From: Nitrospiraceae bacterium
GTDB lineage: Bacteria > Nitrospirota > Thermodesulfovibrionia > UBA6902
DNA length: 64,000 bases
Reading direction: 5' to 3'
Assembly: GCA_003599425.1 (NCBI GenBank)
Contig: QZKC01000063.1
Span: 2,835-66,834, forward strand
This document shows, piece by piece, positions 47,371 through 55,703 of the stretch. Every line of letters starts with the position of its first letter. The stretch's first letter is position 1. The position numbers and the translations under genes are program-made. Under the pieces are notes generated by a model. The model had not been told where the DNA came from. It did not search any database and saw only the letters and a program-made list of their open reading frames with translations.

Positions 47371-47721
47371 ATGAACCTCCACGACATCCAGCAACATCTC
47401 CGCAAGTTCGCAGAAGAAAGAAACTGGGACCAGTTCCACAGTCCCAAGAACCTCTCGATGGCACTTGCCGCTGAAACGGCTGAACTGCTTGAGCTCTTTC
47501 AGTGGCTCACTGAGCAGCAGTCAAAGGATATAGTGAACTCTGAAAAAGATATCGCGGAAGTTAAAAAAGAGGTCGCCGATGTCTTTATCTACCTCGTCCG
47601 CCTTGCTGACAAATTGAACATCGACATCGAAAAAGAAGTCCTTGCCAAAATCGCCCTCAATGAAAAGAAATACCCTGTAGACCTGTCCAAAGACAGCGCC
47701 ACGAAATACAACAAGAGATAA
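47371..47721 (+). CDS. MazG-like nucleotide pyrophosphohydrolase
   Basis: FAEERNWDQFHSPKNLSMALAAETAELLELFQW...EVADVFIYLVRLA is the single MazG-type four-helix EExxE/D pattern. The gene starts 2 nt after the previous stop. Confidence 0.75.
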   Translation: MNLHDIQQHLRKFAEERNWDQFHSPKNLSMALAAETAELLELFQWLTEQQSKDIVNSEKDIAEVKKEVADVFIYLVRLADKLNIDIEKEVLAKIALNEKKYPVDLSKDSATKYNKR

Positions 47722-47778
47722 TGCCAAATTCTTAATTCGCTCTGTATTTCCCCCTTTTTTGTATGTATCAAAATATCG

Positions 47779-47784
47779 TATAAT
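47779..47784 (+). promoter_or_regulatory. candidate -10 box (TATAAT) 5 nt upstream of the mlaE ATG (possible leaderless mRNA)
   Basis: ATCGTATAATCCTTCATG. No SD lies between the hexamer and ATG 47790. Confidence 0.3.
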
Positions 47785-47789
47785 CCTTC

Positions 47790-48566
47790 ATGCTGCTAAA
47801 ACTCATTGAACGCTTCGGGGCGGCTGTCGAGAGGCCTGTCGAAGGTGTGGGCAGGTGTTTGATACTTCTTTCAGCGACAATTAAATGGATATTCAGGCCT
47901 CCTGCGGATATCAGGAATATTTTCAAACAGATGCTCGAGATCGGCGTCAACTCACTTCCGGTAGTCCTGATCACGGCTGTCTTTACCGGAATGGTGCTTG
48001 CGCTTCAGAGCTATACGGGGTTCAAGCGTTTTGGAGCAGAAGGCCTTGTCGGTTCTGTTGTCGCCCTTTCAATGACACGGGAGCTGGGGCCGGTGCTCTC
48101 AGCCCTGATAGTAACGGGACGGGCGGGCGCTTCAATGGCAGCAGAACTTGGGACCATGCGGGTGACTGAGCAGATCGACGCGCTCGAGACCCTTGCTACA
48201 AATCCCGTAAAATATCTGGTCGTGCCGAGGTTTTTGTCTGGTACGATCATGCTTCCTGCGCTTGCTGTGGTTACTGACATCGTAGGCATCATCGGGGGAT
48301 ATTTTGTTACGGTAATGCTGTTAGGCGCGAGTTCAAAGGCTTATCTCAGGGCAACGTGGGACTATCTAAATGTTGACGATATATACAGCGGCCTGATCAA
48401 GGCATGTTTTTTCGGCGCTTCGTTTGCGCTCATCTCCTGTTATAAAGGGTTTTACACGAAAGGCGGCGCCGAAGGAGTTGGAAGGGCAACGACCGGTGCG
48501 GTTGTCGTTTCATCCATGACGATACTGATATCGGATTATTTTCTTTCGGCATGGCTTTTTAAGTGA
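47790..48566 (+). CDS. mlaE: MlaE-family ABC transporter permease
   Basis: 258 aa. Pattern REL.P...A..V.GR.G.....ELG.M.V.EQIDAL..L is typical of MlaE. Confidence 0.85.
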   Translation: MLLKLIERFGAAVERPVEGVGRCLILLSATIKWIFRPPADIRNIFKQMLEIGVNSLPVVLITAVFTGMVLALQSYTGFKRFGAEGLVGSVVALSMTRELGPVLSALIVTGRAGASMAAELGTMRVTEQIDALETLATNPVKYLVVPRFLSGTIMLPALAVVTDIVGIIGGYFVTVMLLGASSKAYLRATWDYLNVDDIYSGLIKACFFGASFALISCYKGFYTKGGAEGVGRATTGAVVVSSMTILISDYFLSAWLFK

Positions 48567-48743
48567 GGTGGAATATTCATGAATTTTACCTGGACAAGCC
48601 AAGATTCAAAAACATCTTGAACGCGATAGATCTTTTTATATATACGAGAAAAAGAACGTTTTCAGGTGCCGGATGCTATGGTATCGCTCAATATGTTTTT
48701 TCACCTCACTTGTCAAAGTTGGCAATTTGAGATAGTGAATGAA

Positions 48744-49502
48744 ATGATCGAACTTATAGATGTACATAAAGCGTTTGCAGGCAAAGCGGTACTGAGGGGA
48801 GTCAACCTGAAGGTCGAAAAGGGAGAGAGCGTTGTCGTTATCGGCGGCAGCGGTTCGGGAAAGAGCGTGCTTTTGAAACATATCATCGGGCTCCTGAAGC
48901 CGGACCAGGGGACTGTGATGGTCAGTTCGATCGATCTTTCGGAAGTTGATGAGGATGGGCTGAATGAGATAAGGAAAAAATTCGGCATGCTGTTTCAGTC
49001 TGCAGCTTTATTTGACTCCATGACCGTCTGGGAAAATGTGGGCTTTGGACTTAAGCGGCATACCCTGCTGACAGAAGAGGAAATAAAGGATACCGCCATA
49101 CAGAAATTAAGGCTGGTAGGGCTTGTGAATGTTGCGGACCTGATGCCGTCCGAGCTTTCCGGGGGCATGAGGAAAAGAGTAGGCCTTGCACGTGCCATTG
49201 CCATGGAACCGGAGATCCTCCTTTATGATGAGCCGACCACCGGACTGGACCCCATTATGGCTGATGCCATCAATGAACTTATTATAAAAATGAGGGAAAC
49301 GCTGAATGTTACTTCTGTAGCGATCACACACGACATGAAGAGCGCGTATAAGATTGCAGATACGATCGCCATGCTTTATAATGGTGAAATTGTCGCAAAA
49401 GGCACCCCTGAGGAGATCAGGAACACATCTGATCCGGTGGTGAGACAGTTCATCGAAGGGAGGGCGGAAGGCCCCATCGTTTTAGAGGGCGTGGAAAGAT
49501 GA
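48744..49502 (+). CDS. mlaF: MlaF-family ABC transporter ATP-binding protein
   Basis: Walker A GGSGSGKS, signature LSGGMRKR, Walker B LLYDEPTTGLD. I moved the start to ATG 48744 (MIELIDVHKAF). Confidence 0.85.
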   Translation: MIELIDVHKAFAGKAVLRGVNLKVEKGESVVVIGGSGSGKSVLLKHIIGLLKPDQGTVMVSSIDLSEVDEDGLNEIRKKFGMLFQSAALFDSMTVWENVGFGLKRHTLLTEEEIKDTAIQKLRLVGLVNVADLMPSELSGGMRKRVGLARAIAMEPEILLYDEPTTGLDPIMADAINELIIKMRETLNVTSVAITHDMKSAYKIADTIAMLYNGEIVAKGTPEEIRNTSDPVVRQFIEGRAEGPIVLEGVER

Positions 49503-50974
49503 AAGAGATATCCACTGAACTGAAAGTCGGTGTTTTTGCGCTGCTTGTCATTATCGTTCTGACCTATATGACCTTCAAGGTCGGAAGGCTTCCTTTTATA
49601 TGGGAGAAGGGATACAGGCTTTACGCGGAGTTTGAAGATGTGGTCGGCCTTGACGAAAGGTCGAGGATCAAGATCGCAGGCGTTGACGCGGGGATCGTGG
49701 ACCAGATAGATATTCACGAAGGCAAGGCCCGGCTCAGTTTTCTTCTGAATCCTGATATCAAGATATACAAGAACGCAAAGGTTGCGTTGAAGATGACCGG
49801 TCTTCTCGGAGACCGGTACATTTCCATATCAACAGGCACTCCCGACGAACCTTTGCTGAGATCCGGCGATACCATAACGAATGTGGTCCAGTCCGCTGAT
49901 GTTGATACTCTCCTGAATGAACTCACCTCAGCCGCTGCTTATGTAAGCGATCTGGCTAAAAATCTCCAGGACGTGTTTGGCGATCCGGAGAAAAAAGCCC
50001 TTTCCGGGGCCATTCACAATCTCAGGGCGATGACCGAAAATCTCAGGGATATCTCTGAAGAGAACAGGGTGCCCTTGCGCACAGTCATTGCCCAGCTCGA
50101 AAAATTCACTAAAGAGCTGTCCGAAAAAGGCCCGACCCTGGTGGATGATATGAGCAGGGCGGCAAAGAGCTTCGGAGAAAAAGGCCCGAAGATGATGGAC
50201 GACCTCAGCGTGCTCGCGCAGGACCTGAAGGAAGTGATCGAGGAGAACAGATACTCGCTGAAAGAGAGCATAGATAATATCAAAACAGTTTCAAAGTCAG
50301 CGAGCACTATTGCGCAAAAGATTGAAAGCGGAGAGGGGACGATCGGCAAGCTGGTAAAGGACGGCAAGCTGTATGACTCCCTGAGCAAGGTATCTGAACA
50401 GGCGGAAAAATCACTTGACGTTGTCGGCAGGCTGAGGACCTTCCTCGACTTTCATACGGAATATAATACCGGCGAAGGTGAATGGAAGGGATATTTCGAT
50501 CTCACCCTTCAGCCTAAAGAAGATAAGTACTACATACTTGGCGTAATTTCTGACCCGAAGGGTTCTGTCAGGGAAACAGACCGTGTTATCAATGGCGTCA
50601 GGACCACAGAAGAGGAGACAGAGAGCAAGGTGGAGTTTAGCGCCCAGTTCGCGAAACGGTTCGATGACCTGGCGCTCAGGATAGGTTTGATGGAGAACAC
50701 CTTTGGGCTCGGCGCAGATTATTTCTTCCATAATGATAAAGGCAAAGTGAAATTAGACATGTGGGATTTCAGCGCAAAAGAGGCTGAAGCAGACAGGTCT
50801 CATGCCCGGGTCGGAGTCGATTACAGGATATTTAAATATATTTTTGTGAGCAGCGGTATCGACAACCTCCTCAATTCCAACCGGAGAGGGATATATGTAG
50901 GCGGCGGATTCAGGTTTGAGGATGAGGATTTCAAATATCTGTTCGGTAAGCCGGGCAGCCTGCCACTGCCTTAA
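49499..50974 (+). CDS. mlaD: MCE/MlaD-family protein with long helical C-terminal extension
   Basis: N-terminal TM plus MCE domain (ELKVGVFALLVI...SRIKIAGVDAGIV). 4-nt overlap with mlaF. Confidence 0.75.
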   Translation: MKEISTELKVGVFALLVIIVLTYMTFKVGRLPFIWEKGYRLYAEFEDVVGLDERSRIKIAGVDAGIVDQIDIHEGKARLSFLLNPDIKIYKNAKVALKMTGLLGDRYISISTGTPDEPLLRSGDTITNVVQSADVDTLLNELTSAAAYVSDLAKNLQDVFGDPEKKALSGAIHNLRAMTENLRDISEENRVPLRTVIAQLEKFTKELSEKGPTLVDDMSRAAKSFGEKGPKMMDDLSVLAQDLKEVIEENRYSLKESIDNIKTVSKSASTIAQKIESGEGTIGKLVKDGKLYDSLSKVSEQAEKSLDVVGRLRTFLDFHTEYNTGEGEWKGYFDLTLQPKEDKYYILGVISDPKGSVRETDRVINGVRTTEEETESKVEFSAQFAKRFDDLALRIGLMENTFGLGADYFFHNDKGKVKLDMWDFSAKEAEADRSHARVGVDYRIFKYIFVSSGIDNLLNSNRRGIYVGGGFRFEDEDFKYLFGKPGSLPLP

Positions 50975-51016
50975 TAAATTATAATTAAATTAACATGTGT
51001 TTAAAATCTCCCCTGT

Positions 51017-51040
51017 CCCCTCTTTACTAAAGAGGGGTTT
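51017..51040 (+). terminator. Rho-independent-type terminator after mlaD
   Basis: CCCCTCTTT-ACT-AAAGAGGGG followed by TTTAT. Confidence 0.55.
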
Positions 51041-51129
51041 ATACCTTCCTTTTGGAATAAGAAGTTTTGAATAAGTTATAATAACACCTTCTTTAAGGAA
51101 ACAAAGAAGAAAAACTGAGGAATCAAGAC

Positions 51130-52905
51130 ATGAAAAAAATCTGTACAGCCGCATTGACCATATTTTTATTTCTTTGTTCAAGCCTCCAGGCATCTGAAAA
51201 TCCAGCATCGGCAAAAGGGAGCGAAACTGCGATTCAGCAGGCCAGGGAAATGATTCTTTCATATTTCAATCCTGCCGAAGGGACGATCTCGGACATCAAG
51301 GGCAATATGGTTTCCGTGAAGTTCCCTGAGGGGGCCCAGATCAGGAAAGGCATGAGATTTTCTGTCTTCAGGCAGGGAAAGCCGTTCCACCACCCTGTCA
51401 CCAATGAACTGATCGGATATGCCGAGGAAATCGCAGGAAGGTTAGAACTCTCAGGAGAAAAAGGAAATGACGGGTTGCATTCGTGCGTGGTAATACGGGG
51501 TGAGCTGAAAGCCGGGGATACGGTACGGATAACGGAATCAAGGATAAAGCTCGCATTCTTCCAGGAGAGGAAATCGGATTGGGAATTGTCAGAGGCCTTT
51601 TACGGTTCCCTGAAAGGATCAGGGCGTTTTGAGATTTTCGAAGCATATACACCGTCGTACAAACCTGAGGACTTATCGCAGCTTGCACTTAAAATGAATG
51701 CCGAGGCGGTCCTCCTGTTTTCGACCCCTTTGAAAAATGAAAAGAGGTTCCTGAGTGTGACATTGTACTGGGCGGAAGATGCTAAACCGTTTGCTGAAAA
51801 AGAGGAGTCAGTAGGTCCGGCAGGCACGATCATGCATGCTCCGGAAGAGGAGTTCATAGCCAGGTCTTTGTCTGATACGGAACCGTGGGGCAGTTACCGT
51901 CTTGCCTCAGGAGAGTTCTTTGCGATGGGCGATGTTGACGGCAATGGCGTTGCTGAACTCGTTGTGAGCGACGGCAATACGATCAGTATTTACAATTTCA
52001 GGGAACAGCTACAGGAGACATGGACCATAAAAGGAACATCCGCAGAAAATCATATATCCATAGATGTTCTTGATCTCAACATGAACGGCAGGGCTGAGAT
52101 ATTTGTCACAGCGTTTTTTAGCGGCGCCGTGACAAAAACGGATGACAGCATATTGAGCAGGAGAAAGCCAGGAGACACGGCCGTAGAGTCTTTTGTGCTG
52201 GAGTTTGACCCTGCGGAGGGTTACAGGAAGACCAGGAGCAGCATACCGTACTTCTTCAGGGTGAGCGGCAAGAGGCTGCTTATGCAGAAGTTTGATGAAA
52301 ACAGGATATTCAGCGGCCCGGTTTACGAAGGGGAATGGGAAAACGGAGATTATGCAGCAAAAAAGCAATTGTCTCTTCCCTCTGATGTCAATATATACGG
52401 GTTTACTTTTATTGACTGGCAGCATAAGGGGGAGAGCCAGATCATGACGTTTGATGACGCAGGATACTTAATTCTTTATGACAGCAAGGGGCAGGCGGTA
52501 TGGAAAAGCAGCCGGTCCTATGGCAAGTTCGCCCTGTCTTTAGAGAGTGAATCTTTCTCGATGGCAAACCCGATAAAAAAGTGGTTTCTCCGGGGCAGGC
52601 TTATTACTGCTGTAACAGAGAAGAAAGAAGAGGTAATTGTCTTAAATAAAATACCTGTCGTAGCACAGGTGCCGGGGCTTGGATCAAAAGGATCAGAGGT
52701 TTATTCATTATGGTGGGACGGAAGCGACATTGAGGAAAAATTGATCCTCTCTCAGGTGCCAGGGACTATAACCGATTACTGGGTGCATGGAGGAGAACTG
52801 TTCCTGCTTGCAAAAGGCAACCTCCTTTCTTTAGTCAAGAACGCTGTTACGGGTGAATTTGCAAAGGGAAGCGCGCTTTATTATTACAGGATGGGAGAGA
52901 AATAA
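51130..52905 (+). CDS. exported FG-GAP/VCBS-repeat protein
   Basis: Signal peptide with possible lipobox (LFLCS). FG-GAP-like segments GDVDGNGVAELVVSDG and DLNMNGRAEIFVTA. Confidence 0.6.
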   Translation: MKKICTAALTIFLFLCSSLQASENPASAKGSETAIQQAREMILSYFNPAEGTISDIKGNMVSVKFPEGAQIRKGMRFSVFRQGKPFHHPVTNELIGYAEEIAGRLELSGEKGNDGLHSCVVIRGELKAGDTVRITESRIKLAFFQERKSDWELSEAFYGSLKGSGRFEIFEAYTPSYKPEDLSQLALKMNAEAVLLFSTPLKNEKRFLSVTLYWAEDAKPFAEKEESVGPAGTIMHAPEEEFIARSLSDTEPWGSYRLASGEFFAMGDVDGNGVAELVVSDGNTISIYNFREQLQETWTIKGTSAENHISIDVLDLNMNGRAEIFVTAFFSGAVTKTDDSILSRRKPGDTAVESFVLEFDPAEGYRKTRSSIPYFFRVSGKRLLMQKFDENRIFSGPVYEGEWENGDYAAKKQLSLPSDVNIYGFTFIDWQHKGESQIMTFDDAGYLILYDSKGQAVWKSSRSYGKFALSLESESFSMANPIKKWFLRGRLITAVTEKKEEVIVLNKIPVVAQVPGLGSKGSEVYSLWWDGSDIEEKLILSQVPGTITDYWVHGGELFLLAKGNLLSLVKNAVTGEFAKGSALYYYRMGEK

Positions 52906-52912
52906 AAACAGT

Positions 52913-52925
52913 TGTCAGCTATCAG
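52913..52925 (+). repeat. TGTCAGCTATCAG dispersed repeat core, copy 1
   Basis: Exact 13-mer, 8 nt after the stop of the FG-GAP gene. Embedded in CAGC/TCAG-word sequence running to the uppS ATG. Confidence 0.8.
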
Positions 52926-52956
52926 TTCTCAGCCTGACAGCTAAAAGCTAATTATT

Positions 52957-53658
52957 ATGAACATCAGGCATGTAGCTCTTATCATGGACGGGAACGGACG
53001 CTGGGCCAGGCAGAAAGGGCTTCCCCGCATCGAGGGGCATCGGCAAGGTGTCAAAAAGGTGAATGAGGCGATCGATACAGCTATCGAACTGGGGCTGCAG
53101 GCGGTTACATTTTATACGTTCTCGACAGAGAACTGGAAAAGGCCGTCCACAGAAGTGAAGGCCCTAATGAGGCTTCTCGCCACATATTTGAAGAGTGAAA
53201 TGCAGAGGCTTCATAGCATGAACATTGTATTCAGGGCTGTTGGCGACACAAGGAAACTCCCGCAGAATGTACAGGACCTGCTGCATGATTTTGAGAAACT
53301 GACCCGGAACAATACCGGGCTCATACTGGCGAGCGCGCTCAATTATGGCAGCAGGCTTGAGATATTGCATGCCCTTAAACAGATCGTCAGGGACAATGTA
53401 CCGGCAAAAGACATTGATGAAAAACTGTTTTCTTCGTATCTTTACACTAACGGGATACCTGACCCGGACCTTATTGTCCGCACGAGCGGGGAAATGAGGC
53501 TCAGCAATTTTCTCCTCTGGCAGGCAGCATACTCGGAGTTTTATTTTACAGAGACGCTCTGGCCTGACTTCGGCAGGGAGGAATTCATTTCAGCCGTCAG
53601 GGAGTTCGAAGGGCGTGAGAGACGTTTTGGCGCGCTTTCCACTCGTGCGACCGGATAG
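52957..53658 (+). CDS. uppS: undecaprenyl-diphosphate synthase (cis-isoprenyl transferase)
   Basis: HVALIMDGNGRWA, FSTENWKRP and RTSGEMRLSNFLLWQ motifs. Confidence 0.95.
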   Translation: MNIRHVALIMDGNGRWARQKGLPRIEGHRQGVKKVNEAIDTAIELGLQAVTFYTFSTENWKRPSTEVKALMRLLATYLKSEMQRLHSMNIVFRAVGDTRKLPQNVQDLLHDFEKLTRNNTGLILASALNYGSRLEILHALKQIVRDNVPAKDIDEKLFSSYLYTNGIPDPDLIVRTSGEMRLSNFLLWQAAYSEFYFTETLWPDFGREEFISAVREFEGRERRFGALSTRATG

Positions 53659-53675
53659 GGCCAATAGTAATTGAC

Positions 53676-54491
53676 ATGCAAAAAGAAAGCAAAGTCAGCT
53701 CATTGATAAAAAGGCATATCGTCGGCGCCCTGTTCCTGCCGGTCTTTTTTGCTTACCTTTATTATCTTCCTCCTTCACCATATTTTTTTGCCTTGCTGCT
53801 TATTGTGGCAGTTATCGCACTGCGCGAGCTGTTCACGATGTATAATGTGCCTGCCGCTGTCTCAGCTTCAGGCATTGTAACAGGCGCTGCGCTTTTATAT
53901 GCCTTCTGCTATTATCCTGAGTATTACCTGGAAAGTATTTTTGCCGCCTTGTGTCTGCTCCTGCTGATCAGGCTTCTGCTCATAGCTTCGCCTTCAGGAT
54001 GCATGTCTCACATCGGGCCTGTCGTCACCGGTTATTTTTATGTCGCATTCTTCCTGAGCTTCCAGTGGCTGTTGCGTTTTGGAGATAACGGGCTTGAATA
54101 CATTTTCATGCTCTATATATCAGTGTGGCTTGCGGACAGCATGGCGTATTATATAGGGAGTTCTGTCGGGCGGCATAAGCTGTATCCTTCAGTCAGTCCC
54201 AATAAGACTGTTGAAGGGGCCGTGGGCAGCCTGATCGGAGGCATGGCTGGAGTTTTTATTGTGAAAACTGTTTTCCACCTTTCTGTCATATCAACGTTCT
54301 CTGCCGTAATGACCGGCATCATGTTCGGGGTGGCCGCGCTGGCAGGAGATCTTGTCGAATCGATGCTGAAGCGCGACGCAGGGGTCAAGGACTCAGGCGC
54401 TTTTATCCCGGGACACGGTGGCATCCTTGACAAGATAGACGGGTTTCTTGTATCAGGGCCGGTGCTTTATTTCATGACGAGGTACTTTTGA
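53676..54491 (+). CDS. cdsA: phosphatidate cytidylyltransferase
   Basis: Polytopic membrane protein with C-terminal SMLKRDAGVKDSGAFIPGHGGILDKID signature. Confidence 0.9.
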   Translation: MQKESKVSSLIKRHIVGALFLPVFFAYLYYLPPSPYFFALLLIVAVIALRELFTMYNVPAAVSASGIVTGAALLYAFCYYPEYYLESIFAALCLLLLIRLLLIASPSGCMSHIGPVVTGYFYVAFFLSFQWLLRFGDNGLEYIFMLYISVWLADSMAYYIGSSVGRHKLYPSVSPNKTVEGAVGSLIGGMAGVFIVKTVFHLSVISTFSAVMTGIMFGVAALAGDLVESMLKRDAGVKDSGAFIPGHGGILDKIDGFLVSGPVLYFMTRYF

Positions 54492-55654
54492 AAAAAATAT
54501 CCATTTTGGGTTCAACAGGGTCGATAGGTAAAAGCACCATCGATGTTATAAAAAACCATCCCGATAAATTCAGGATAGTCGGGCTTGCGGCAAGAAACAA
54601 TGTGGTTCTTCTTGAGGAGCAGATACGTTTTTTCAAACCTGAAATAGCGGCAGTGTATGATGATGAGGCTGCGGAAACTCTCAGGAGGAAAAAACTCCCG
54701 GTAGAAATACTGTCAGGAGAAGACGGCATCATACGTGTAGCAACCCATGCTGAGGCGGACACGGTTGTATCTGCAATAGTTGGATCTGCAGGACTGGTCC
54801 CGACGCATGAGGCTATAAAGAGCGGAAAAGACATAGCGCTTGCCACGAAAGAGGCGCTTGTCATGGCAGGCAGCATTATCATGAACGAGGCAGCGAAGAA
54901 AAATGTCAGGATCCTGCCGGTGGACAGTGAGCACAGCGCGGTATTTCAGTGCCTTCACGGACGTGACATGAATGAGGTTGACAAGGTCGTCCTCACTGCT
55001 TCAGGAGGGCCGTTCCTCGGAAAGGATATCGCTGAACTCGATTCAGTGACACCGGAGGACGCGCTGAAACACCCGACGTGGGACATGGGCAGAAAGATCA
55101 GCATTGATTCAGCGACGCTGATGAACAAGGGGCTTGAAGTGATAGAGGCCTGCTGGCTTTTTGATCTCCCGCCTGAAAAGGTCGAGGTTATCCTGCATCC
55201 GCAGAGCATTGTTCATTGTATGGTAAAATTTGTCGACGGCAGCATGATCGCGCATATGTCGGTTCCGGACATGAAGGGGCCTATAAGTTACGCTTTGTCG
55301 TATCCTGAGAGATTCGGCGGAGTGATCCCCAAGGTGGATCTCGCTGAGGTAAGAGACCTGACATTTTTCAGACCTGATGAAAAAAAATATCCCGCATTGC
55401 AGCTCACCTATGCTGCGCTCCGGGCCGGCGGCACCATGCCGTGCGTGATGAACGCGGCGAATGAGATAGCGGTAGAAGCTTTCCTTGAAAGTAAGATAGC
55501 TTTTACCTCGATAACGCGTGTTGTATCGATGACCATGACTGCACATAAAGTTCAGAAAACTGATAGTATAGATACCGTCATTTCGTCCTCAGGCTGGGCG
55601 AAGGAAACGGCAAAAGATATAGTTGAGAATTCGGAATTAAGAATTCAGAATTAA
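54488..55654 (+). CDS. dxr: 1-deoxy-D-xylulose-5-phosphate reductoisomerase
   Basis: ILGSTGSIG, LATKEALV, PVDSEHSA and LTASGGPF motifs. TTG start overlaps the cdsA stop. The last roughly 9 codons are encoded by a GAATT-word repeat. Confidence 0.9.
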   Translation: MKKISILGSTGSIGKSTIDVIKNHPDKFRIVGLAARNNVVLLEEQIRFFKPEIAAVYDDEAAETLRRKKLPVEILSGEDGIIRVATHAEADTVVSAIVGSAGLVPTHEAIKSGKDIALATKEALVMAGSIIMNEAAKKNVRILPVDSEHSAVFQCLHGRDMNEVDKVVLTASGGPFLGKDIAELDSVTPEDALKHPTWDMGRKISIDSATLMNKGLEVIEACWLFDLPPEKVEVILHPQSIVHCMVKFVDGSMIAHMSVPDMKGPISYALSYPERFGGVIPKVDLAEVRDLTFFRPDEKKYPALQLTYAALRAGGTMPCVMNAANEIAVEAFLESKIAFTSITRVVSMTMTAHKVQKTDSIDTVISSSGWAKETAKDIVENSELRIQN

Positions 55655-55703
55655 AAAATAAGTATGGGCGAGGCGGTGCCTCGTCCATTTAGGAGTTTAA
55701 GAC

